From an uncultured Clostridium sp. (GTDB lineage: Bacteria; Bacillota; Clostridia; Christensenellales; CAG-138): a stretch of DNA of 64,000 nt. Positions 11,006 through 22,464 of this stretch are shown here, one piece after another. How positions within the stretch are numbered: position 1 is the stretch's first letter; each line of letters opens with the position of its first letter. The notes under the pieces are model-generated. The model did not search any database and was not told the DNA's origin. It worked only from the letters and a program-made list of their open reading frames with translations. The stretch covers positions 686 through 64,685 of the forward strand of contig CAYMPG010000008.1 of assembly GCA_964392455.1 (NCBI GenBank), given 5' to 3'. A program made the position numbers and the translations under genes.

Positions 11006-11205
11006 TATTTCCCTTGCTCCTCAGGCACTATCACTTCCAGCTTATCGTTAAACAGCTCGTCCACCGCACAGGATACCGGCTTGCGGTCATCCAGCTTTTC
11101 CGGGTCCTCCATGAGCTGACGGGCACGCTTTGCCACTGCTGTCACCAGCATATAGCGGCAGCCAACCTTATCCTGTAATTCTGTAAGAGGAGGATAATTC
11201 ATCAT
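11005..11205 (-). CDS. rpoZ: RNA polymerase omega subunit
   Basis: RYMLVTAVAKRARQL and KPVS.AVDE motifs; lies between gmk and coaBC. Confidence 0.93.
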   Translation of the reverse strand: MMNYPPLTELQDKVGCRYMLVTAVAKRARQLMEDPEKLDDRKPVSCAVDELFNDKLEVIVPEEQGK

Positions 11206-11208
11206 AGT

Positions 11209-11826
11209 TTACAGTTCTCCTTTTAGTTGATTTATAAGCTCGGTATTGTTGGCAATGCGGCTGTGCTCGGCAGAAATAACGCTCTGCACCTGGCCCACTG
11301 CCTTATCAAGGTTATCGTTTACGATTATGTAATCATACCGCTCGGCCAGTGCAATCTCCCGCACAGCCTCGCCAAAGCGCCTTGCAACGGATTCCGGAGT
11401 TTCCGTGCCCCGCCCCACAAGGCGGCGGCGCAATGTATCCATATCCGGCGGCGCAATAAATACCATTACAGCCTCTGGGCACTTTTCCTTTACCTTGAGC
11501 GCACCCTTTACATCTATCTCCAGTATTACGTCATAGCCCTGGCTGCGCTGCTCATCAACGTAGCTTCTGGGGGTACCGTAATGGTTCTTTCCGAATACGC
11601 ACATATACTCAAGAAATTCATCCGCCTCCACCATCCGCATGAATTCCTCCTCAGTGCGGAAAAAGTAGCTCACGCCCTCGGTTTCTCCGGGGCGGGGCTG
11701 GCGGGTGGTAACTGAAACGGACATTTTAATATTGTCCCTTTCTGACATGAGCTTTGAGCATATGGTGCCCTTTCCCACTCCTGAAGGGCCGGATACTACA
11801 AAAAGCAGACCTTTTTCAGTCATCAT
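11209..11826 (-). CDS. gmk: Guanylate kinase
   Basis: SGPSGVGKGT, TTRQPRPGE and ILEIDVKG motifs. Confidence 0.96.
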   Translation of the reverse strand: MMTEKGLLFVVSGPSGVGKGTICSKLMSERDNIKMSVSVTTRQPRPGETEGVSYFFRTEEEFMRMVEADEFLEYMCVFGKNHYGTPRSYVDEQRSQGYDVILEIDVKGALKVKEKCPEAVMVFIAPPDMDTLRRRLVGRGTETPESVARRFGEAVREIALAERYDYIIVNDNLDKAVGQVQSVISAEHSRIANNTELINQLKGEL

Positions 11827-11839
11827 GCTGTCCTCCGAT

Positions 11840-12094
11840 CTATTCTGGCTCGCTCTCCGCCCTCACCCTTGACGCAACCGTCTCAGATTGAAGGGCTGAA
11901 AGCACTATATGCATGCTGTCCATTACTATAACGGCCCGTGTGCGCCTGCCGTGAGTAGCATCCACCAGCCTGCTTCTCTCCCGTGCCTCCTGTACCATGC
12001 GCTTTGCAGGGGCGCTGTCCGGCGAAACGATAGACACTATGCGTTCTGCTGACACCATATTGCCAAAGCCCACATTGACCAGCTTAACCGACAT
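11840..12094 (-). CDS. remA: RemA/DUF370 family regulator
   Basis: [18 protein letters not shown] and [11 protein letters not shown] motifs; yicC-remA-gmk order. Confidence 0.92.
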   Translation of the reverse strand: MSVKLVNVGFGNMVSAERIVSIVSPDSAPAKRMVQEARERSRLVDATHGRRTRAVIVMDSMHIVLSALQSETVASRVRAESEPE

Positions 12095-12108
12095 ATCTCC
12101 AACGCCTC

Positions 12109-12987
12109 TTATTCTATATTCTGAACCTGCTCACGAATCTTTTCTATTTCGCCCTTGCCAGCGATAACAAGGTTTACTATATCTCCATCATTGGCCTTGG
12201 AGCCGATGGTATTGAATTCACGATTCATTTCCTGCACGATAAAGTCCAGCCTGCGGCCTGCCGGCTCCGTGCCATCCAGCATTGCCCTGAACTGGGTAAC
12301 GTGGCTGCCCAGGCGCACTATTTCCTCATCTATACCGGCCTTGTCCGCAAACAGCGCAACCTCTGTGGCAAGGCGTGCTTTATCCACATCCGCAGCACCC
12401 AGCAGCTTTTCAATGCGCTCATTGAGCTTTATGCGGTATTCCTCCACCACCTGCGGCGCACGCTCCGCTATGCTTGCGGCTATGGATTCTACTATGCTGC
12501 ATTTGCCATGGAGGTCTTCATAGAGCTTTGCGCCCTCCTTTGCCCGCATGGCCTTAAGCTCCTGGCAGGCTGCCCTGCATGCCTCTGCGGCAAGGCGGCA
12601 GACCTCATCCCTGTCTTCATCTGCCTCTACTATTTCGGTAACATCCGGCAGCCTCAGCGCAGAGCTGAGCCCCACATCATCCCTGAGGCCAAAGGCTTCC
12701 GCCGCCTGGCGTGCGGCAGTAAGGTATTCGCCCAGCAGATTCATATCCACATTTACCTTGCGGGCATCCGCACGATTGTTGCGGTAGAATATGAAAACAT
12801 CCACATGACCCCGGCTCAGCTCGCCGGAGAGCACGCTGCGGATGGTATCCTCCACAAAGCCTATGGCTCTTGGCATCCTGAAGCCTATATCAAGATACCT
12901 GTGATTTACGCTTTTCAGTTCAACGGTAATCTCACGGCCCTCATGCTCCAGGGCATAGCGGCCGAATCCAGTCATGCTGTTTATCAA
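12109..12987 (-). CDS. yloC: YicC/YloC family endoribonuclease (TTG start after a GGAGG RBS)
   Basis: [35 protein letters not shown] and [11 protein letters not shown] motifs. Confidence 0.92.
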   Translation of the reverse strand: MINSMTGFGRYALEHEGREITVELKSVNHRYLDIGFRMPRAIGFVEDTIRSVLSGELSRGHVDVFIFYRNNRADARKVNVDMNLLGEYLTAARQAAEAFGLRDDVGLSSALRLPDVTEIVEADEDRDEVCRLAAEACRAACQELKAMRAKEGAKLYEDLHGKCSIVESIAASIAERAPQVVEEYRIKLNERIEKLLGAADVDKARLATEVALFADKAGIDEEIVRLGSHVTQFRAMLDGTEPAGRRLDFIVQEMNREFNTIGSKANDGDIVNLVIAGKGEIEKIREQVQNIE

Positions 12988-13074
12988 AATATACCTCCAT
13001 AGGGCCATTCGTAACTAAAATATTATATCACGATACGCCTCTTTTTTACAATATAAACAGGCCTCCGCAGCCGA

Positions 13075-14037
13075 TTAAAACATACGGTAAAGCTCATCCG
13101 CCTCAGGCGGCAGTATTTCTCTGCCATCCCCGGTACGCACGCCGCTGCCACCTGCCCGGCCTATTACTGCGGCAGGTATGCCTATTTCTTCAAGGCCCTT
13201 TACCATGGCCTCCCCATCAGGGCAGGCCACCAGCATGCTGCCGCTGGAAAGCAGGCGGAATCTATCCAGGCCGCATTTATCGCACAGCTTGACGGTTATC
13301 GGATGGAAGGGTACTTTATCCGGCCATAGCTCCATGCCGCAGCCTGATGCCTCGGCCATCTCCCATGCGGCGCCAAATATGCCGCCCTCGGTTATATCAT
13401 GCATGGCAGTTGCGCCATTATCCGCACAGAAAAGCCCCTCCTTTACCACGCTCACCATGCCCATAAAGCCCCTGGCCTCCTCAAGCTCGGCGTCAGTAAG
13501 GCCTATTCTGTCGGCAAAATCTGAGGCTATAACCGCCGTGCCCTCAATGCCGCCCATTTTGGTCATAATGATGCTATCTCCATCCTTCATGCCGTTTGGA
13601 GAGATTATGCCGTTTTTGCCGGCCCTTGCTATGACCGTGGCGCAGGTGACCATGCGGGTAACCGCACCTGTGACCTCTGTGTGCCCGCCGATTATTTCGA
13701 TATTTGCAAGGCGTGCAGCCTCTGCAAGCTCATCCGCCACCCTGCCTATTTCCTCCTCGGTGCCGCTGGGAGGGATAAGCAGCGTTACAAGCAGGCCTAT
13801 TGGCTCCGCACCTGCCGCCGCCGCATCATTGCAGCTAACGTGTACAGTAAGGCTGCCCAGGTTCTTTTCTGCTGAGGTAATGGGGTCTGTGGAAAGCACG
13901 GCTATCCTGCCCCCCAGCTCCACCGCTGCACAGTCCACCCCCACATGGGGCGAGCATACCACCTCATCACGGGTATGGGCAAACTTGGAAAGGATAAGGC
14001 TGTCAAGCTGCTGATTGGTTAGTTTTCCCTGGCGCAT
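13075..14037 (-). CDS. AIR synthase / HypE-like family protein
   Basis: GVDCA, STDPIT, NDAAAAGAEP, IIGGHTEVT and AMHDITEGG motifs. Confidence 0.85.
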   Translation of the reverse strand: MRQGKLTNQQLDSLILSKFAHTRDEVVCSPHVGVDCAAVELGGRIAVLSTDPITSAEKNLGSLTVHVSCNDAAAAGAEPIGLLVTLLIPPSGTEEEIGRVADELAEAARLANIEIIGGHTEVTGAVTRMVTCATVIARAGKNGIISPNGMKDGDSIIMTKMGGIEGTAVIASDFADRIGLTDAELEEARGFMGMVSVVKEGLFCADNGATAMHDITEGGIFGAAWEMAEASGCGMELWPDKVPFHPITVKLCDKCGLDRFRLLSSGSMLVACPDGEAMVKGLEEIGIPAAVIGRAGGSGVRTGDGREILPPEADELYRMF

Positions 14038-14040
14038 TGT

Positions 14041-16011
<1,971 letters not shown>

Positions 16012-16024
16012 CTATCCTCCGAAA

Positions 16025-18286
16025 TTATTGTTCCTCTGCCGGCTTTATTGGCGCATATGCTGCCGCAAAGCGTTTTACTCCCGCTGCACCAAAATCTATG
16101 GACACAAGCATTGAGCTTCCTGCGCCGGATATATCCATTATGGTGCCTTCGCCAAATTTTTCGTGTATTACCCGCTGATTCTTTTCAAAGCTCTTTACCA
16201 CAGGCGCTGCGGGCTTGGGCTCCGCTGCGGCGGTCTTGCCAAGGAAGTGGCTATCCACCTGATATCTGCTGCGACCCGAGCCATGGCCGCCCAATGTGGG
16301 CCTGGGATATCCTCCCCTTGTGTCGGCAGAAGCCGCCTGGGCACCCTGCCCGCCGCTCCGCTCAGGATTTGCAGACTGGGTAAGCTCCTCGGGTATTTCA
16401 TCGATAAAGCGCGAGCGCCTGTTGTAGGATTCGTTACCAAATATGCTGCGCTGTCTGGCGTTTATCATATACAGCCTGCTTTTTGCACGGGTCATGCCCA
16501 CATAGCAGAGCCTGCGCTCCTCCTCCATTGCGCCGGTGGACATATCATTCTTTGCCCTGGAGGTGGGGAATACATTTTCCTCCATGCCCAACATGAATAC
16601 CACGGGAAACTCCAGTCCCTTGGCGCTGTGCAGCGTCATGAGGGCAACTGCGCCGTTTTCCTCATTCATAGCGTCAATATCCGCCACAAGGGCCACGTTT
16701 TCAAGGAATACCTTAAGGGCATCCTCTCCCTCCGGCAGGTCTTTTTCTATTTCTTTTATGTTGCCTATAAGCTCTCTGAGGTTGTCCATACGGGATTCAA
16801 CGTCTCCCTTTTTATCCTCAGCCTTAAGGTGCCTTTCATAATCCAGCGCCTCGATCAGCGCCCAGGTGAATTCAGAAAGGGGCATCATGCGGCTCATGGC
16901 GATAAATTCGGCCATGCTCTCTGCAAAGGGCTGTATCTTCTTTGCCGCCCGTGGATCCATATCCTCAAGGCAGCTTATGGCTGCCATAAGCATGGAGGTG
17001 CTGTTTTTCTGGGCCGCACGGGCCAGCTCATTTACCGATGCATCGCCTATGCTGCGCTTTGGCACGTTTATTATGCGCCTGAGGGATACGTCATCATATG
17101 GGTTGTATATAAGGCGCAGATACGCCATTATATCCTTTATCTCCTTGCGGTCATAGAAGCGCTGGCCGCCGTATACCCTATTGGGTATGCCGTAATTCAT
17201 AAGAGTGGTTTCAGGCACACGGCTCTGGGCATTCATACGGTAAAGTATGGCAAAATCGCCATAGCTCATGCCCTGCCGTACCCCCTCCATCACCTTGCGG
17301 CATACAAAGTGGGCCTCATCCCGCTCGCTGTCTGCGGTATAAAGCTCGATCTTCTCTCCGTCTCCATTATCCGTCCAGAGCTTTTTCTGCTTGCGGCCAA
17401 GGTTATTGCCTATGACTGCATTGGCGCCATTGAGAATATTTGAGGTGGAGCGGTAATTCTGCTCCAGCCGTATTACCTTTGCTCCCTTGAAATCCTTCTC
17501 AAATTCCAGTATGTTTCGTATATCCGCACCACGCCAGCCGTATATGCTCTGATCGTCATCGCCCACCACGCATATGTTCCTGTGCTCCCTGCAAATAAGC
17601 TCTACCATGCGGTACTGGAGAGCGTTGGTATCCTGATACTCATCCACCAGCACATAGCTGAACTTTCTGCGGTATTTATCCAGCACATCCGGGCAGCTTT
17701 CCAGAAGCTGAACCGTCATGCACAGCAGATCGTCAAAATCCAGAGCGTTGCACTCCTTGAGTGAGCGCTGATATTCCCTGAATATCCTTACCACGGCTTC
17801 GTCAAGGTAAGGATTATCCATAAGATACTGCTCAGGCTCAAGGGATTTATTTTTTGCGTCGCTTATGCGCTCCTTTATCTCCCGCTTGGGCATATCCTTA
17901 TCGCTTATGCCCAGACGCTTAAGGATGTTGCCTATCAGCGACATCTGGTCATCGTCATCGTATATGAGGAAATTGCTCTCCCGCCCCAGCCTTCCAATAT
18001 CCATTCTCAGCATACGGGCGCAGCAGGAGTGGAACGTAGTGACCCACATATCCTGAGCATCGTGGCCTATGAGTGCCTCGGTGCGCTCACGCATCTCGCG
18101 GGCGGCCTTATTTGTAAAGGTGAGGGCAAGTATGCTCCAGGGCGCAACGCCGTGCTCCACAAGGTTTGCAATGCGGTAAGTAAGGGCACGGGTCTTGCCG
18201 GAGCCTGCTCCTGCAAGTATAAGCAGAGGCCCTTCCAGCGTTTCTACTGCCTGCCTCTGGGGTGCATTAAGAGTTGAAAGATCCAT
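16025..18286 (-). CDS. pcrA: ATP-dependent DNA helicase PcrA/UvrD
   Basis: LAGAGSGKT, VDEYQDTN, LEQNYRST, TLHSAKGLEF and EERRLCYVGMTRA motifs; pcrA-ligA order. Confidence 0.96.
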   Translation of the reverse strand: MDLSTLNAPQRQAVETLEGPLLILAGAGSGKTRALTYRIANLVEHGVAPWSILALTFTNKAAREMRERTEALIGHDAQDMWVTTFHSCCARMLRMDIGRLGRESNFLIYDDDDQMSLIGNILKRLGISDKDMPKREIKERISDAKNKSLEPEQYLMDNPYLDEAVVRIFREYQRSLKECNALDFDDLLCMTVQLLESCPDVLDKYRRKFSYVLVDEYQDTNALQYRMVELICREHRNICVVGDDDQSIYGWRGADIRNILEFEKDFKGAKVIRLEQNYRSTSNILNGANAVIGNNLGRKQKKLWTDNGDGEKIELYTADSERDEAHFVCRKVMEGVRQGMSYGDFAILYRMNAQSRVPETTLMNYGIPNRVYGGQRFYDRKEIKDIMAYLRLIYNPYDDVSLRRIINVPKRSIGDASVNELARAAQKNSTSMLMAAISCLEDMDPRAAKKIQPFAESMAEFIAMSRMMPLSEFTWALIEALDYERHLKAEDKKGDVESRMDNLRELIGNIKEIEKDLPEGEDALKVFLENVALVADIDAMNEENGAVALMTLHSAKGLEFPVVFMLGMEENVFPTSRAKNDMSTGAMEEERRLCYVGMTRAKSRLYMINARQRSIFGNESYNRRSRFIDEIPEELTQSANPERSGGQGAQAASADTRGGYPRPTLGGHGSGRSRYQVDSHFLGKTAAAEPKPAAPVVKSFEKNQRVIHEKFGEGTIMDISGAGSSMLVSIDFGAAGVKRFAAAYAPIKPAEEQ

Positions 18287-18381
18287 TTTGATTTATCTCC
18301 GTTAAGGGGGTTTTAACCACATATTTTTACATATACATTTTACCACATCTTTTCCCTCAGCAAAAGCCATTGAGCAAATAT

Positions 18382-18413
18382 AAAAAGGCCATCCCAACGG
18401 GATAGCCTTTTTA
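18382..18413 (-). terminator. Intrinsic terminator downstream of the pheST-orf unit
   Basis: aaaaaggccatccc-aac-gggatagcctttt hairpin flanked by A and T tracts. Confidence 0.7.
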
Positions 18414-18431
18414 TGCGGTTACAGAGTCTTT

Positions 18432-18680
18432 TTACCAGGACATGAGCTGTACGCAGCCGGCCACAAGATTCAGCGCCGCTGCAAAGTACAGGAAGGGCAC
18501 CAGGCCACGCTTGGCATCGCCGGAATCCTTAAGATTCAGTGCAAACAGCAGCAGGCCTGCGCCAAGGCACAGGGGCGTCATACCCTTGAGTCCCTTATCG
18601 AAGCCAAACTCCATCACAAGGTTTACAAGGGACATGAGGGAAAAAATCACTCCGAAAAACGATGTGCGGTTATACTGCAT
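18432..18680 (-). CDS. Small hydrophobic membrane protein of unknown function
   Basis: GGAGG RBS just after the pheT stop; 82 aa with about three hydrophobic segments. Confidence 0.7.
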   Translation of the reverse strand: MQYNRTSFFGVIFSLMSLVNLVMEFGFDKGLKGMTPLCLGAGLLLFALNLKDSGDAKRGLVPFLYFAAALNLVAGCVQLMSW

Positions 18681-18692
18681 ATTCTTCCTCCT

Positions 18693-21098
18693 TTATGCTC
18701 TCAGTTCTGCGTTCAGGCCATCCTTTAAAGCAGCTATGATGGTATTCATAGCGTCATTTATATCTTCATCGGTAAGGGTACGATCCTCTGCACGGATAGT
18801 GTAGGAATAGGCCATGCTCTTCTTGCCCTCGGGTATGCCCTTTCCACGATACACGTCAAAGAGCTCCACATTTTCCAGCAGCACCTTCACCGGGGCGCCC
18901 TTTATAACGGCAGAGACCTGAGCAGAGGTAACAGCCTCATCCACCACCACGGCTATATCCCTGGGCACAGTGGGGTACTTGGGAATAGCCTTATAGGTCT
19001 TGCCATCCTCACGCAGCTCAAACAGCTTCTTTACTGAAAGCTCTGCGGCATAGGCTATCTGGGGTACACCGAAGGCCTTGCGGGTATCCGGATGCACAGC
19101 GCCCATTTCGCCTATCACCTGGCCGTTTACCTTTATTACGGCCTTCTGGCCGGGCTGGAAGAATTCGCTGCCGCCCGGCAGGAACTCTGCGCCATCCTCT
19201 ATGCCCAGCTTGCGGAGCAGATACTCCACCACTCCCTTAAGGGTGAAGAAGCTCTCGCTGTCGCCTGTGAATATAAGGCCCAGCATTTTGCGCTCCTCGG
19301 GAAGATCTGCATTGTTGTCAAAGTGCACATTGCCCACCTCGAAGAACCTGCCGTGGCCGGTCTTACGATTGCAGTTAAGGGCAAGGGTATTCAGCATACC
19401 GGCCATAAGGGTGGTACGCATCAGGCTCTGATCCTCACCGAAGGGATTAAGCAGCTTCACAGCAAGCCGCTTTTCATCATCCTCGGGAATACGGAGCGCA
19501 TTGAGCGTAGCGGGGCCGATAAAGTTGTAATTGTATATCTCATAGCAGCCCATTGCCACGCACATATCCTTTACCTGATCCTCGTGGCGGGTCTCGGGGC
19601 TTAGGCACCCACGGAAGGTATCGCCCTGCATGAGGGTGGGCTCGATATTGTAGTAGCCGTATATTCTGGCTATCTCCTCTGCAATATCCCAATCGGACTC
19701 TATGCTGCTCTCGATATCCACCCTGTAATGGGGCACGGTCACGATGAGGGCATCGCCCTCTACCCTTGCACCTATATTGATGGTATCCAGCATCTTTACC
19801 ATATCCTCAGGGGATATATTGGTATTGAGTATGCGGTTCACATGGCTCCAGTCCACACTAATCACACGCTCTGCAAGGTCAGCAGCGCATACGTCTATGC
19901 AGCTTCCTACTATGGTGCCTGCGCCAAGCTCCTCAACGAGCTCTATTGCACGGTCTATTGCAAGCTGAGCGTTTACAGGCTCCACGCCCTTTATATAGCG
20001 GGCAGCCGCATCGGTAACGTGGTGGAGCTCACGGGTGGTATGGCGGATATTGCTGCCCTTGAACACTGCGGATTCAAAGAGTACGGTTTTGGTGTTTTCG
20101 GTTATTTCGGAATTTTCTCCGCCCATTACGCCGGCAATGCCCACGCCACGCTCAGGATCAGCTATGAGCAGAACATTGGGAGATACCCTTCTCTCCTTGC
20201 CATCCAGGGTCTTTACAATCTCATCCTCCCTGCCACGGCGCACGATTATCCTGCCATCGGTAATGCAGGAAAAATCAAATGCGTGCATGGGCTGGCCGTA
20301 TTCGATCATGACGTAATTTGTGATATCCACAATGTTATTGATCGGGCGTAGGCCCACGCTGCGGAGCCGCTTCTGCATCCATGCAGGAGAGGGCGCTATC
20401 TTTATATCCTTCACCACCCGGCCCATATACCTGGGGCAAAGGTCAGTATCCATGACCTGTACTGAGGCATATTCGCCTGCATCGCCCTGGCCCTGTACCT
20501 GCTTTATGACAGGCTCGTGGAACTTCTGCCCAAGGGCGGCTGCGGCCTCACGGCACATACCTATTATGCTGATGCAGTCTGCACGGTTTGGGGTAAGCTC
20601 GATATCGAATACTATGTCATTAAGGCCAATGGCTTCCTGTATTGGCTGGCCCAGAGGATGCTCGCCCTGAAGAATGAGTATGCCATATACCTCGGCTCCG
20701 GGATAATCCGCCTCGGTAATACCCAGCTCCTGGCCTGAGCACAGCATGCCGCAGCTTTCCACGCCACGCATTACCGTGGGGTGAATCACCACGCCGCCTG
20801 CCAGGGTAGCTCCATCCAGAGCCACAGGCACCAGTGCGCCTTCAAATACATTGGAAGCACCGGTAACAAGGGTGAGATTTTCATCCCGGCCTATATTCAG
20901 GGTGCATATTTTGAGCTTATCAGCATTGGGATGCTGCTTTATCATCTCTATGCGGCCCACCACAACATTGCTGATGCCGGGCATTTCGTCTATAATGTCG
21001 GCTATTTCAAAGCCACGCCACATCATCAGCTCTACGAACTTCTCCGGCGTAACATTGAAATCCACATATTCTTTAAGCCATTTAAGGGGCAGTTTCAT
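18693..21098 (-). CDS. pheT: Phenylalanine-tRNA ligase beta subunit
   Basis: HPNADKL, LTPNRADC, RPINNIVDITNYVM and EEIARIYGY motifs, plus the FDX-ACB C-terminus. Confidence 0.97.
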   Translation of the reverse strand: MKLPLKWLKEYVDFNVTPEKFVELMMWRGFEIADIIDEMPGISNVVVGRIEMIKQHPNADKLKICTLNIGRDENLTLVTGASNVFEGALVPVALDGATLAGGVVIHPTVMRGVESCGMLCSGQELGITEADYPGAEVYGILILQGEHPLGQPIQEAIGLNDIVFDIELTPNRADCISIIGMCREAAAALGQKFHEPVIKQVQGQGDAGEYASVQVMDTDLCPRYMGRVVKDIKIAPSPAWMQKRLRSVGLRPINNIVDITNYVMIEYGQPMHAFDFSCITDGRIIVRRGREDEIVKTLDGKERRVSPNVLLIADPERGVGIAGVMGGENSEITENTKTVLFESAVFKGSNIRHTTRELHHVTDAAARYIKGVEPVNAQLAIDRAIELVEELGAGTIVGSCIDVCAADLAERVISVDWSHVNRILNTNISPEDMVKMLDTINIGARVEGDALIVTVPHYRVDIESSIESDWDIAEEIARIYGYYNIEPTLMQGDTFRGCLSPETRHEDQVKDMCVAMGCYEIYNYNFIGPATLNALRIPEDDEKRLAVKLLNPFGEDQSLMRTTLMAGMLNTLALNCNRKTGHGRFFEVGNVHFDNNADLPEERKMLGLIFTGDSESFFTLKGVVEYLLRKLGIEDGAEFLPGGSEFFQPGQKAVIKVNGQVIGEMGAVHPDTRKAFGVPQIAYAAELSVKKLFELREDGKTYKAIPKYPTVPRDIAVVVDEAVTSAQVSAVIKGAPVKVLLENVELFDVYRGKGIPEGKKSMAYSYTIRAEDRTLTDEDINDAMNTIIAALKDGLNAELRA

Positions 21099-21116
21099 GG
21101 TGTATTTACCTCCCTG

Positions 21117-22139
21117 TTAGAACTGTTTGAGGAAGCGGGCATCGTTCTCATACTCGAGACGTATGTCCGTTATTCCGTACTTAAGGCTGGCAATGCGGTC
21201 TACGCCTATGCCAAAGGCAAAGGCCTTCCATACCTTGGGATCAAGGCCGCAGTTTTCCAGCTCATGGGGGTTGGTAACGCCGCTGCCCAGTATTTCAAGC
21301 CAGCCTGTGCCCTTGCACAGCCTGCAGCCCTTGCCGCCGCACAGCGTGCAGGATACATCCACCTCAGCCGAGGGCTCAGTGAATGGGAAATAGCTGGGAC
21401 GGAAGCGCATCTTTACACCCTCGCCGAATACGGCGTGTATAAAGGTGAGCAGCGTGCCCTTAAGGTCTGCAAGGGTAAGGTCCTTATCCACAACGAAGCC
21501 TTCCATCTGCATGAATACGGGGCTATGGCTTGCATCCACCTCGTCCACGCGGAACACTCGTCCCGGCATTATGAGCCGGAAGGGAGGCTTAAGATTGAGC
21601 AGGGCTCTGGCCTCAAGGGGGGAGGTATGGGTACGCAGCACTACTCTGTCATTTACATAGAAGGTATCCTGCATATCCCTGGCAGGATGATCAAGAGGCA
21701 GGTTCAGCCGGGTAAAGTTATAATCATCGTACTCCACCTCAGGGCCTTCATAGGTGGTAAAGCCCATGCCCACCAGAGCATCGCGGATTTCTCGATAGGT
21801 CTGCGTCATGGGATGCAGATGGCCCTCAGGCATGGATATTTTGCCGGGCTCGGTAACATCCACGGCCTCCATAGCAAAGCGCTTTTCCTGCATCTTTGCG
21901 GCAATCTCAGCACGGCGCTGGTTCAGCTCCTTTTCCAGCTCCTTTTTTACCGCATTGGCGGACTGGCCAAGGTTTGCCCGCATTTCCTTGCTGAGCTTGC
22001 CCATGCCCTTAAGTATCTCAGTAAGGGCGCCGTTCTTGCCGAATACTGCGAGGTTTATGGCGTCTATCGCCGCCTCGTCCTCTGCGTTTTTCAGGCTTTC
22101 AAGGGTTTGCAGCCTGATTTTTTCCAGAGTTTCCTTCAT
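21117..22139 (-). CDS. pheS: Phenylalanine-tRNA ligase alpha subunit (start MKETLEK)
   Basis: HPARDMQDTFY, LRTHTS and FRPSYFPFTEPSAE motifs; GGAGG RBS upstream of 22139. Confidence 0.97.
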   Translation of the reverse strand: MKETLEKIRLQTLESLKNAEDEAAIDAINLAVFGKNGALTEILKGMGKLSKEMRANLGQSANAVKKELEKELNQRRAEIAAKMQEKRFAMEAVDVTEPGKISMPEGHLHPMTQTYREIRDALVGMGFTTYEGPEVEYDDYNFTRLNLPLDHPARDMQDTFYVNDRVVLRTHTSPLEARALLNLKPPFRLIMPGRVFRVDEVDASHSPVFMQMEGFVVDKDLTLADLKGTLLTFIHAVFGEGVKMRFRPSYFPFTEPSAEVDVSCTLCGGKGCRLCKGTGWLEILGSGVTNPHELENCGLDPKVWKAFAFGIGVDRIASLKYGITDIRLEYENDARFLKQF

Positions 22140-22159
22140 GGTAAAAATCCTCCAAAATA

Positions 22160-22402
22160 AAATTGCGCCTCGTCCTAAGGGACGAAGGCGCATTCGTGGT
22201 ACCACCCTAATTTACTCTGCAAGCACAGAGCCTTTATCGCTGTATCGGGCTTACCCGGCCCCAACTACACACCTTGCATCAGCAGGCTTCACCGGGGCGG
22301 CTCAGGAGCGAACTTGTGCGAGCTGTGCCTATAAGCCGCTTGCAGCCTGCGCGGCTCTCTCTGAGATAGGCCAATATCCCGCTTTTCTCCGTCACTGCCA
22401 TA
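22160..22402 (-). promoter_or_regulatory. T-box riboswitch leader with a Phe (UUC) specifier
   Basis: Minus strand has an AGAGA box, specifier loop ...AAG-UUC-GCUCCUGA (plus 22310-22312), the T-box AAUUAGGGUGGUACCACG (22195-22212) and a terminator hairpin at 22165-22191. Confidence 0.95.
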
Positions 22403-22419
22403 AATTTTAATTACAGCGT

Positions 22420-22448
22420 ATTTTAACACATCATTTTAAACTATTCAA
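22420..22448 (-). promoter_or_regulatory. Sigma-A promoter of the T-box-pheST unit
   Basis: TTGAAT-17bp-TAAAAT with a TGn extension, directly upstream of the T-box. Confidence 0.7.
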
Positions 22449-22464
22449 GGTGTTTTTTGTATGC

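Noticed and set aside
16163-22160. Long plus-strand ORFs (426 aa, 459 aa) opposite pcrA and pheST
   Set aside because: They fully overlap clear housekeeping genes on the other strand.
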